This document shows positions 40,213 to 48,011 of a DNA stretch of 64,000 nucleotides, piece after piece. A program made the position numbers and the translations under genes. The notes below the pieces were generated by a model that saw nothing but the letters and a program-made list of their open reading frames with translations, made no database searches and was not told the origin of the DNA. The first letter of the stretch is position 1. Each line of letters begins with the position of its first letter. The stretch is from Armatimonadota bacterium (lineage in GTDB: Bacteria; Armatimonadota; Fimbriimonadia; Fimbriimonadales; GBS-DC): positions 84,475 through 148,474 of the forward strand of contig JABWCR010000001.1 of the NCBI GenBank assembly GCA_013359125.1. Reading direction: 5' to 3'.

Positions 40213-40485
40213 CTACTCGCCAGCGTCTAGATCGCCGCGAGTGAGGCGCCGAGCAAGCGTCTCCTGCGATATGGCCGAAAGGATGACGTGGCCGCTGTCT
40301 GCAAAGATCACGCACTTTGTTCGCCGCCCTTGCGTGGCGTCGATCAAGTTGCTGCCTTCCTTGCGAAACTGACGAATCAGCCGGCGCATAGGAGCCGATT
40401 CGCTACTGATCATAGCTACGATTTTTGATGTCTGAACGTAATTATAGAACCCGACGTTCAGGACGGGCGGCGGTTGACTTTGCAT
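40213..40485 (-). CDS. remA: RemA-like (DUF370) extracellular matrix regulator
   Basis: LNVGFYNYVQTSKIVAMISSESAPMRRLI...LIDATQGRRTKCVIFADSGHVILSAISQETLARRL is colinear with B. subtilis RemA as recalled. Confidence 0.85.
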   Translation of the reverse strand: MQSQPPPVLNVGFYNYVQTSKIVAMISSESAPMRRLIRQFRKEGSNLIDATQGRRTKCVIFADSGHVILSAISQETLARRLTRGDLDAGE

Positions 40486-40566
40486 AGATCCAATCCCTCC
40501 TGTACGCCCTGATTATGGCAGATATCGGCCAGATTTGGCAACTTTTCTTGAGCAATGAGAGCGCCG

Positions 40567-41124
40567 TTATCTCGCGTATTCGAATCTGGGCTGCCACTCG
40601 CCTGCGCCATCCTTCAGCAGGTCGAACATGTGCCAGACGGAACAGTAAAAGTCTCCCGGGCCAAAGTAGTCTCTCGCGATGCGCCTTATCTGGCCTTCCT
40701 CCAGCCTGAAGGTCGAGAAGCCCGGCCAGTAATCGCCGTTTACTTCGAAGCCCATGTCCTTAGTGAAGCTTGATCCGGCGGCAGAGACCATCTTGAATCG
40801 CCATCCTCGGCTAAGGGCAAACTCCTTCTGTGCGTGCGGTTCGTCGGGCGAGACGACGACAAATCCGGCGCGGTTTTGAAAGTGGTCGGTGAGACCGTTT
40901 AACCCATCGGCCCAGAGCGTGCAGTAGGGGCAGTTGCGGCCCATATTGTGGACCACGATCAGGTCTTGCTTGTCTCCAAAGAGTTGGGAGAGTTTGACGC
41001 TGTTGCCGTCTTGGTCTTTCAAGTCGTAATCGAACGCCTCTTCAGGCCCTTGGCTTTTGAGGAGATCGACCATTTGCTTGCGGAGTTCGCGGATCTGCTC
41101 TTCGATTCTTTGGTACTCTTCCAT
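40567..41124 (-). CDS. DUF899 thioredoxin-like family protein
   Basis: LIVVHNMG..CPYCTLWADG and F.......GF..VS.......F....GW.F...S. Confidence 0.75.
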   Translation of the reverse strand: MEEYQRIEEQIRELRKQMVDLLKSQGPEEAFDYDLKDQDGNSVKLSQLFGDKQDLIVVHNMGRNCPYCTLWADGLNGLTDHFQNRAGFVVVSPDEPHAQKEFALSRGWRFKMVSAAGSSFTKDMGFEVNGDYWPGFSTFRLEEGQIRRIARDYFGPGDFYCSVWHMFDLLKDGAGEWQPRFEYAR

Positions 41125-41157
41125 GCTCTAAGTTTAGCGCATGGGGCGGGTTTTGAA

Positions 41158-41195
41158 CTCAAAATTGTGCTACATTTGCAAAAAATCCCGTTCGG
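41158..41195. repeat. module C repeat copy (ctcaaaattgtgctacatttgcaaaaaatcccgttcgg)
   Basis: Near-identical to the copies at 35688..35727 and 17048..17085, and to the inverted copies at 17205..17236 and 54541..54568. Confidence 0.8.
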
Positions 41196-41333
41196 GCGGC
41201 GCGGCGCGTTTGCGGATTGGTTTCCACCATTGGTCGTCGGCAATCCGGCTGGGATCGTCGTATTAGTTTCCTTCGCGCCCGGCGCTTTAAGCCTCCATAC
41301 CGAAGGGCGGGTGCGGAAGGTTAAGGGCGCTTC

Positions 41334-41486
41334 GGCTCGCGGGGACGCTCGCCCTCCCGGGCGGCACCGTTGTCTTCTGCCAGGCGGGAGCCTGGCGTTC
41401 CACGGGGTCAGGGCATGCTGCGCCGTTGGAAGGCCGCCCTCCCGGGCGGCACCGTTGTCTTCTGCCAGGCGGGAGCCTGGCGTTCC
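41334..41486 (+). repeat. module B copy followed by a tandem 51-bp unit (period 85 bp), each unit ending in hairpin module A
   Basis: ggctcgcggggacgctcgccctccc at 41334..41358. gccctcccgggcggcaccgttgtcttctgccaggcgggagcctggcgttcc occurs at 41351..41401 and is identical at 41436..41486. Confidence 0.9.
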
Positions 41487-41574
41487 GGGGCGTCTCGCGC
41501 AAAGGGCGGGAAGATCGCCAAGAAGCGTTGCGTTCCGTTCGGCGCAGAATTCGTATTCTGAATTCGGGAATCTG

Positions 41575-41583
41575 TGTTATACT
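41575..41583 (+). promoter_or_regulatory. extended -10 TGtTATACT
   Basis: Sequence is tcTGtTATACTatc, about 42 nt upstream of ATG 41625, which has a strong SD (aaaggaggga). Confidence 0.45.
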
Positions 41584-41624
41584 ATCTGTCAGAAGCATAC
41601 CGACCCAAAGGAGGGAAGCGCATC

Positions 41625-42656
41625 ATGAAGCAGATTTTGATTCTCGCAGCGGCCGCTATGGTGGTTGCTGCCGGCGCGCAGCCGTCCAACGACGGCGTAG
41701 CCATCACGTCCAAGTATCCCGGCGCCCTGATTGCGGCGCAGTCCAACTACACCGGTTTTGGCGATAACTTTTCCGAACTCAACACGCTCTGGGGCTTCCG
41801 CACTCTCAGCACGCTCTACCTGGGCGTTGCGGGCAATTTGGAGGGCAACTTCAACAATCTCCATATCTATATCGACTCGATCCCCGGCGGCGGAAACCCG
41901 TTCTTTCTGAACCAGGGCTGTCTGAACTGTAGCGTGGTGGGCATGAGCGGCGTGGTGTGGGACAGCGGCTTTACGCCCGACTACGTGCTCTCGATCAGCC
42001 ACGGCGGCGGCGTCTACTATGTGGACCTGATCGACATTACGACCGATACCTCTTGCTATCAGGGCGAAGGGTATACCGATAGTTTCAGCGGTCTGTTGTT
42101 CGGCGGCTCCGACTGCGCGACCAGCGGTCTGTTGGTGGCCTTTAACAACACCAACAGTATGGGTATTACCAGCGATTCGAACAATTTGGGCGATCCGTTC
42201 ACGTGCAGCACAGGTTTCGACATCCAGATCCCCATCAGCGCGATTGCGGCGACCGGTCCGATCAAGGCGGCCGCGCTCATTACGGGCGGCGCCAATTTGG
42301 GCGATCTGTGCGGCAGCAACAGTCTGCCCCTTGGCACCTATGTGTCGAACCAGATGCTGCCAGCCATGAACTCGGGCAATCCGGGCTCGCATTACAACAA
42401 TCTGGCGTGGTCGCACTGTCCCGACGCTTTGGGCGGCGCGAACGGCATCGAGTTCACTCAGGCTACGGGCGATCAGTGCGCCGACGTGGTTTGGCTGGGC
42501 GATGTGAACGGCGACTGGTGCGTGGACGATGCGGATCTGGCGATTGTTTTGGAGAACTTTGGCACGGACGATGAACAAGCAGACGTGAACGGCGACGGGA
42601 TTGTGGACGATACCGATCTGGCGATCGTTCTCTCTTCGTTCGGCGTCGGTTGCTAA
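41625..42656 (+). CDS. secreted protein with unknown Cys/Gly/Asn-rich domain and dockerin-like C-terminal tail
   Basis: Start moved to ATG 41625 (SD aaaggaggga). Signal peptide MKQILILAAAAMVVAAGAQP. Tail: GDVNGDWCVDDADLAIVLENFG...DVNGDGIVDDTDLAIVLSSFGVGC. Confidence 0.85.
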   Translation: MKQILILAAAAMVVAAGAQPSNDGVAITSKYPGALIAAQSNYTGFGDNFSELNTLWGFRTLSTLYLGVAGNLEGNFNNLHIYIDSIPGGGNPFFLNQGCLNCSVVGMSGVVWDSGFTPDYVLSISHGGGVYYVDLIDITTDTSCYQGEGYTDSFSGLLFGGSDCATSGLLVAFNNTNSMGITSDSNNLGDPFTCSTGFDIQIPISAIAATGPIKAAALITGGANLGDLCGSNSLPLGTYVSNQMLPAMNSGNPGSHYNNLAWSHCPDALGGANGIEFTQATGDQCADVVWLGDVNGDWCVDDADLAIVLENFGTDDEQADVNGDGIVDDTDLAIVLSSFGVGC

Positions 42657-42671
42657 TCGCGACTCGTAAAC

Positions 42672-42701
42672 GCCGGGCGGATCGATCTCCATCCGCCCGG
42701 C
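42672..42701. terminator. bidirectional hairpin between convergent genes
   Basis: Perfect 11-bp inverted repeat GCCGGGCGGAT cgatctcc ATCCGCCCGGC. No clear U-tract. Confidence 0.55.
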
Positions 42702-42713
42702 CTAAGTTCACTA

Positions 42714-44294
42714 TTAATCTCCGCAGGTTTCGCCGTACATCCACAGCACGAGGGCGAGATCGGCATCGTCCACAAAGCCGTCCTTGACCGCGTCGCCGTT
42801 GCTGCCCGGCGGCACGATCGCTCCGAAGTTCTCTAAGACGGTCTCTAAGTCCGTTCCGTCTACCCTGCCGTCGTTGTTCGCGTCGCCCCATCGCTGGCAG
42901 AGTTTGATGGTGATGGCGTCTGCGCCTGAAGTCCAATCCCAGACGGTCGTGCCGACGATGTAGACCCCGCCCCAGTCGTCTAAGAACAGATCTTCCAACG
43001 TGTCGACGTTGTCGGCCGGAGCATGCCAGCGATACTGCCATGTCAGCTGGTCCCCGGCGTTGAACTTGGCGACATAAACATCCTGGTTAAGCGACGAGCT
43101 GCGCTGGCTCCCGCCGTAGCCCACGTAGAGCGAGCCAAAGGCATCGACGCGCCCTCTTTGCGCGTTGCCCTCAAAATCGGGCATCGGGCGGTAGAAGAGA
43201 GGCTCGAGGGGCGCGCCGTCCAGCCGATAGCGCAACACATAGCAATCGTATAGATCGATGTCTGTCCAATGATCGGCGCCGCTAAAAGAGTAGACGATGC
43301 CGTTTGCGATCGTCAGCCCGATCGCCGAACCAAAGAATTGGGACTGGGGATAGAGTTCGTAGACGCGAACCCAGGCTAGTTCGCCATTTGGACGAATGCG
43401 CCCGGTCGCGGCCGCGAAGGAGACCTGGCCCCGGTCGTTGGCCCATGTGATGGTGCCGCCGGTGAAGATGAGGTCGCCGTCGATTGCGACGATTCCTAGC
43501 GCGTGATAATGTCGGCTGTACTCCGTCTGGGACGCCAATCGATTGAAGCCGACCAATGCGCCGTCTTCCGCGCGATAGGCCGCTACCCACATGTCGGACC
43601 AATAGCGCGTCCAATCGTTGGGGCGCGGCGCGTCGACGGCCACTGTACCCGTGGCATAGATCAGGTCGTTCTGCGGACTATAGGCGACGCGGCTGGCTCT
43701 GCTTCTCGTCCGATCGTGCGGCGGAGGCGGGCGGCGCATCCATTGCAGTTGGCCGTCTGAGTTCAACTTGTAGACCACGTAGTGGATGGCGGCGTCCCAC
43801 GCCTCGGACATTCCGGCAACATAGGCGTTGCCGCTGTCATCGACCGCCAAGTCGTACGACTCGTCCAAATTGAAGCCGGGCGTCTCGAAACGATGCCTCC
43901 AGAGAAGGCGGCCGTCCCGATCCATCTTCACCGTGTCGATCGCTTGTCGCTCTGGCTGAGGATGAGCGGCGCCCGTAACAAAGACATTGCCCGACGAGTC
44001 GACGGCGAGGGCGCTTGGGCCGCCCAACGCTTCCCCCGAATTGCGAGCGATCGATCGAAGCCAGACCCGCCGACCGTCTGGCGCGTATTTGATAATGGTC
44101 CACCGCAGGCGATTCTCAGAGTCCGGGTCGCCGCCCATGACGATCAGATGGCCCGACGGGTCCCATTTCGATTCTTTGACCGTATTATTCCGCACGCCCT
44201 GGTACACGTCCATCCACTGGACCCAGGGTTGGGCGACAGCCAAGGTTGCGGTACAGATAAAGGCGCTCAGAACGAATTTCGCTCTCATGTTCAT
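42714..44294 (-). CDS. secreted SBBP beta-propeller protein with dockerin-like tail (cassette gene b)
   Basis: Start moved to MNMRAKFVLSAFICTATLAVAQP. Propeller repeats. Tail: CQRWGDANNDGRVDGTDLETVLENFG...GDAVKDGFVDDADLALVLWMYGETCGD. Confidence 0.85.
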   Translation of the reverse strand: MNMRAKFVLSAFICTATLAVAQPWVQWMDVYQGVRNNTVKESKWDPSGHLIVMGGDPDSENRLRWTIIKYAPDGRRVWLRSIARNSGEALGGPSALAVDSSGNVFVTGAAHPQPERQAIDTVKMDRDGRLLWRHRFETPGFNLDESYDLAVDDSGNAYVAGMSEAWDAAIHYVVYKLNSDGQLQWMRRPPPPHDRTRSRASRVAYSPQNDLIYATGTVAVDAPRPNDWTRYWSDMWVAAYRAEDGALVGFNRLASQTEYSRHYHALGIVAIDGDLIFTGGTITWANDRGQVSFAAATGRIRPNGELAWVRVYELYPQSQFFGSAIGLTIANGIVYSFSGADHWTDIDLYDCYVLRYRLDGAPLEPLFYRPMPDFEGNAQRGRVDAFGSLYVGYGGSQRSSSLNQDVYVAKFNAGDQLTWQYRWHAPADNVDTLEDLFLDDWGGVYIVGTTVWDWTSGADAITIKLCQRWGDANNDGRVDGTDLETVLENFGAIVPPGSNGDAVKDGFVDDADLALVLWMYGETCGD

Positions 44295-44349
44295 TGTAAT
44301 AACTCCCGCACTTGCGGGTCGGGCTTTTAAGCCCGACCCGTGTCTGCCA

Positions 44350-46056
44350 TTAAGGACATTGGTGCCCAAACGCTGCCAAAACGATCGCTAAGTCGGTATC
44401 GTCGACCGTTCCATCGTTGTTCAAGTCGGTCTCGGGGCATCCGCCTTGCTGGCCGAAGCAGCCCAAGACATAGGCCAGATCCGCGTCGTCCACAATGCCG
44501 TCGTGGTTGATGTCGGCCCGTGGCCAGCACCAACGCATCGCCAGAAAGTGGTTTTGCGAGCCAATCTGCAATCTTCCCGCCGTCCAGACGTAGGAAGGGT
44601 CGGAAGAGTCGTAGACCATGGCAAATGGCCTTTCAGCATCGCCAGGCGCGTCTCGTTCGAAGTTCCTTTCGAATCGGACGTCGAGGCAGGGACTGAACTT
44701 AGCCAGTTTGAAGTCCGAGTCAGAGCCGCTCGGCCTTTTGGCGGGCGCGACCACAAAGACATTGCCGTGCACGTCCAAGATCGCTCGCGCGACCGTCTCA
44801 TTGACCACGTTTATCGAAAGCAGGTCCACATCTGCGTTGTCGGCAATGGGCGAGACGGTGCGGTCGTCGCACGCCGAATAGGTCGCGGTATACTTTGCCG
44901 CCACCATTCGCTGGGTCTCTCCGGTGGAGCCGACCATGCCGATGCCGGCGGCATAAACGACCGAATGTTGGGCGTCAAGCAGGATAGCCGTCGGATAGGC
45001 CGCGGTGGTCTCACTTGGGTGGAAAATCGACTTCCAGCACCGATTGCCCTCGGGGTCGTACTTGATCACCCCAAAGTCGCCGGGAAGCGATTGTGTTTCG
45101 CTCGCGGCGCCGGCCACATAGGCGTTGCCCGCTTGATCCATGACGATGGCGTTCGCCACGTCGTCGGACGAGGTCACATGGCTCCAAACAGCCTGGTAGG
45201 CTACGGCACCGTCGAGTTTGTCTATTCTAACGGTCAAGAAGTCCTTGTGATTCGGGGAACCGCCGCCTGATTGAAGGACATAGCCTGCGGCGCCGACGTG
45301 ATCGGCGCCATCCAGGGCGATCGCGTGGAGCTGGTCTTCGCCATTGGCGCTGCCGGAGAAGAAGCGAATGCCTTCGAGATGGTTTCCACCAGGCTCCCAC
45401 TGGTCAGAGGGCTCTCCGTCAGAGTTATTCAATCTGGCAACAGCGGCGTCGAGATTCCCGTCCTTGACGAGCTTTCCAGCAACGAACACTCGCCTGTCTG
45501 GGTCTAGAATGATGGCTCTCGCCTGTTCCTGTCCGTTGCCGTTGTGAATCAGGGTTGTCCACGCCGCGGTGTAGCTTTCTTGCGTGGCGTGCTTGGCATA
45601 CTTTCTGACGGCAAAGTCCCAATCGCCGGAACCCGTCTGCACCGTTCCGCAGACGTAGACGTTCTGGGAACTGTCGACCGCGACTCCAAAGCCCTCGTCG
45701 TCGCCGTCGAACGAGCCGTTCCACTGGTCGGACCAGAGCAAGACGCCGCTTCGGTCGTACTTGACGACATGGATGTCCAGCCCGTTTGGGCCGGAAACGA
45801 CTCCCGCAAGATAGGCGTTTCCGAGCGGGTCTTTTGCCATTGACCGCACGAAAGCTGTGGATGCGCCCGACGTATTCCGCTTGTCGATCTTCTCCAGACT
45901 GAAATTCAAAGGCAGGCAGTTCTCTTGGCCCGGCGCGGTGGGCGGTTGGGAAAGGAAGGCGATCAATAACAGCAAGGTCAAGGTCAGTCTCCCGTTACGG
46001 TAGAGAGAGAGAGGGGGAGAGAGAGCCGAATCGATGGCGCTGCATAGTCTGAACAT
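44350..46056 (-). CDS. secreted SBBP beta-propeller protein with dockerin-like tail (cassette gene a)
   Basis: Hydrophobic leader LTLTLLLLIAFLS. Propeller repeats (NAYLAGV, NVYVCGT, RVFVAGK, NAYVAGA, VVYAAGI, NVFVVAP). Tail: WCWPRADINHDGIVDDADLAYVLGCFG...DLNNDGTVDDTDLAIVLAAFGHQCP. Confidence 0.85.
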   Translation of the reverse strand: MFRLCSAIDSALSPPLSLYRNGRLTLTLLLLIAFLSQPPTAPGQENCLPLNFSLEKIDKRNTSGASTAFVRSMAKDPLGNAYLAGVVSGPNGLDIHVVKYDRSGVLLWSDQWNGSFDGDDEGFGVAVDSSQNVYVCGTVQTGSGDWDFAVRKYAKHATQESYTAAWTTLIHNGNGQEQARAIILDPDRRVFVAGKLVKDGNLDAAVARLNNSDGEPSDQWEPGGNHLEGIRFFSGSANGEDQLHAIALDGADHVGAAGYVLQSGGGSPNHKDFLTVRIDKLDGAVAYQAVWSHVTSSDDVANAIVMDQAGNAYVAGAASETQSLPGDFGVIKYDPEGNRCWKSIFHPSETTAAYPTAILLDAQHSVVYAAGIGMVGSTGETQRMVAAKYTATYSACDDRTVSPIADNADVDLLSINVVNETVARAILDVHGNVFVVAPAKRPSGSDSDFKLAKFSPCLDVRFERNFERDAPGDAERPFAMVYDSSDPSYVWTAGRLQIGSQNHFLAMRWCWPRADINHDGIVDDADLAYVLGCFGQQGGCPETDLNNDGTVDDTDLAIVLAAFGHQCP

Positions 46057-46190
46057 ACTATTCCTCCTAGTGCCTCTCTGAAAGTACGGCGCGATGTCCG
46101 TCTGATTAAGAATATATCACAACTTCTGACGACACGGATAGAAATGCGGGACGGCGCTGGGGATCCCGGCGTCCGTTTTGCCGTCCGGTG

Positions 46191-46196
46191 TATAAT
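46191..46196 (+). promoter_or_regulatory. -10 box TATAAT (context gtgTATAAT)
   Basis: Lies 25 nt upstream of the ridA ATG 46221. SD ggaggg at 46205..46210. Confidence 0.4.
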
Positions 46197-46220
46197 CTCG
46201 GCTCGGAGGGTTTATCCAAC

Positions 46221-46598
46221 ATGAAGAGCGTCGTCAGCACCGACCAAGCCCCTGCCGCCATCGGCCCCTATTCTCAAGCCATTCGGACGGGCGATCTGTT
46301 GTTCGTTTCGGGGCAGATTCCGATCGATCCGGCGACTGGCAGCATTGTCGACGGCGGCATCGAGGAGCAGACCCATCGGGTAATGCAGAACTTGAAGGCG
46401 ATCTTGGGGGCGGCGGGCGCATCGCTGAATCAGGTGGTCAAGACGACGATCTATTTGACCGATCTGGGCGATTTTGCGACGGTGAACGGGATTTATGCCG
46501 ACTACTTTCAGCAGCCTTTTCCCGCTCGCGCTACGGTGCAGGTTTCGGCGCTGCCCAAGAGCGTGGGCGTAGAGATCGACGCGATCGCTGCTTTATGA
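46221..46598 (+). CDS. ridA: RidA family reactive-intermediate deaminase
   Basis: APAAIGPYSQA, LFVSGQIP, KTT.YL.D..DF...N..Y, PAR..V.V..LP. Confidence 0.93.
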   Translation: MKSVVSTDQAPAAIGPYSQAIRTGDLLFVSGQIPIDPATGSIVDGGIEEQTHRVMQNLKAILGAAGASLNQVVKTTIYLTDLGDFATVNGIYADYFQQPFPARATVQVSALPKSVGVEIDAIAAL

Positions 46599-48001
46599 CG
46601 GATCTGCCCATTTATATTGCGGGAAAGAAGGTCGTCGATGGCGAGCGCTTTTCGATCCTAAACCCGTATACGGGCGAAGCGATCGCGTCCGCCATCAAAG
46701 GGGATAAGTCTCACATCGACAGGGCGGCTGAAGACGCGAAGCTGAACGCGCCCGCCTTCAAACGAGCGGATTGGTTGCGCGCGGCCTCCGCGCTCATCGG
46801 CTATCACAGCGAAGAGTTAGCGCGGATTCTGTCGTCAGAGGTCGGAAAGACCATTCGCGAAGCGCGAATAGAGGTCGATCGCGCCGCACGCATTTTTGCC
46901 CTTGCAATCGGCGAGACCGAGCGGCTATCGGGCGAACAGGCGCCCTTTGGCGCACAGCCCAACGGCCAGCATCGATTTGGTTTTTTTGTTCGTCGTCCGG
47001 TCGGCATTGTTGGAGCCATCACGCCCTTTAATGTGCCCTTGGCCTTGGCGGCGCACAAGATCGCGCCGGCATTGGGGGCGGGTAACGCGGTTATCTTGAA
47101 GCCTGCCGAGCAGGCGCCGGTCGCCGCTGTGCGGCTGATCGAGATTCTTTACGAAGCGGGCTTCCCTCCCGAATCGTTGAGCGTGATAACGGGCTTCGGG
47201 CCTGATGCGGGCTTGCCCTTGATTCAACACGAGCGGGTCGGCTTCATTTCATTCACAGGAAGCCGCGAGGTCGGACGTCAGATACCCGGCTGGGCAGGGC
47301 CTAAGAAGGTAACGCTGGAATTAGGGGGCAACTGTCCTCTCATCGTGGCGCCCTCGGCTGATGTCAATGCGGCGGCAGAGGCTGCGTGCCGAGGCGGGTT
47401 TGCTCAAGCAGGCCAACTCTGCATCTCGGTGCAACGAGCCATCGTCCACGAATCGCACTATCAGAAGTTCGTCGTCTCGCTCTCCCATAAGGCCGAATCG
47501 CTCAAGTTGGGCGATCCGTTAGACGAATCGACCGATATGGGCCCGATGATCGACTCTGAGGCGTTAGACCGAGTTGGCGCCTGGATAGCAGATCAGGTCG
47601 GAGCCAAAATCATGACGGGCGGCGAAGCGGCGCCCCCGTTCTATCGCCCAACAGTGCTGACCGACGTGCCGCGAGACGCCAAAATGAGCTGTAGCGAACT
47701 GTTCGGACCTGCGGTGATCGTCTACCCTTACCAGACGGCGGACGAGGCGATTGAACTGGCCAACGGCACGCCTTACGGCCTTCAGGCGGGCGTCTTTACG
47801 CAGGACCTGAACGAGGCCTTTGACTTTGCCAACCGGCTTGAGTTTGGCGGGGTGATGATCAACGAAGCGCCGACATTCCGAAGCGACTTGATGCCATACG
47901 GCGGCACCAAGGAAAGCGGTTTGGGTCGAGAGGGCGTGCGATTTGCGATGCAGGAGATGACGGAGACGAAGGTGGTCGGATTTAAGAACGTTGAGCTTTA
48001 G
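46595..48001 (+). CDS. NAD(P)-dependent aldehyde dehydrogenase
   Basis: Overlaps the ridA stop (ATGA). FTGS, catalytic ELGGN and GQLCISVQR, EEPFGPV-like ELFGPA, and PYGG.K.SG.GREG at the C-terminus. Confidence 0.92.
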   Translation: MTDLPIYIAGKKVVDGERFSILNPYTGEAIASAIKGDKSHIDRAAEDAKLNAPAFKRADWLRAASALIGYHSEELARILSSEVGKTIREARIEVDRAARIFALAIGETERLSGEQAPFGAQPNGQHRFGFFVRRPVGIVGAITPFNVPLALAAHKIAPALGAGNAVILKPAEQAPVAAVRLIEILYEAGFPPESLSVITGFGPDAGLPLIQHERVGFISFTGSREVGRQIPGWAGPKKVTLELGGNCPLIVAPSADVNAAAEAACRGGFAQAGQLCISVQRAIVHESHYQKFVVSLSHKAESLKLGDPLDESTDMGPMIDSEALDRVGAWIADQVGAKIMTGGEAAPPFYRPTVLTDVPRDAKMSCSELFGPAVIVYPYQTADEAIELANGTPYGLQAGVFTQDLNEAFDFANRLEFGGVMINEAPTFRSDLMPYGGTKESGLGREGVRFAMQEMTETKVVGFKNVEL

Positions 48002-48011
48002 GAGAGACTGA

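Noticed and set aside
41546-41561. The hairpin or operator-like sequence CAGAAT-TCGT-ATTCTG upstream of the 41625 promoter.
   Set aside because: It has only a 6-bp stem and contains an EcoRI-like GAATTC by chance. It is a single occurrence with no supporting conservation.
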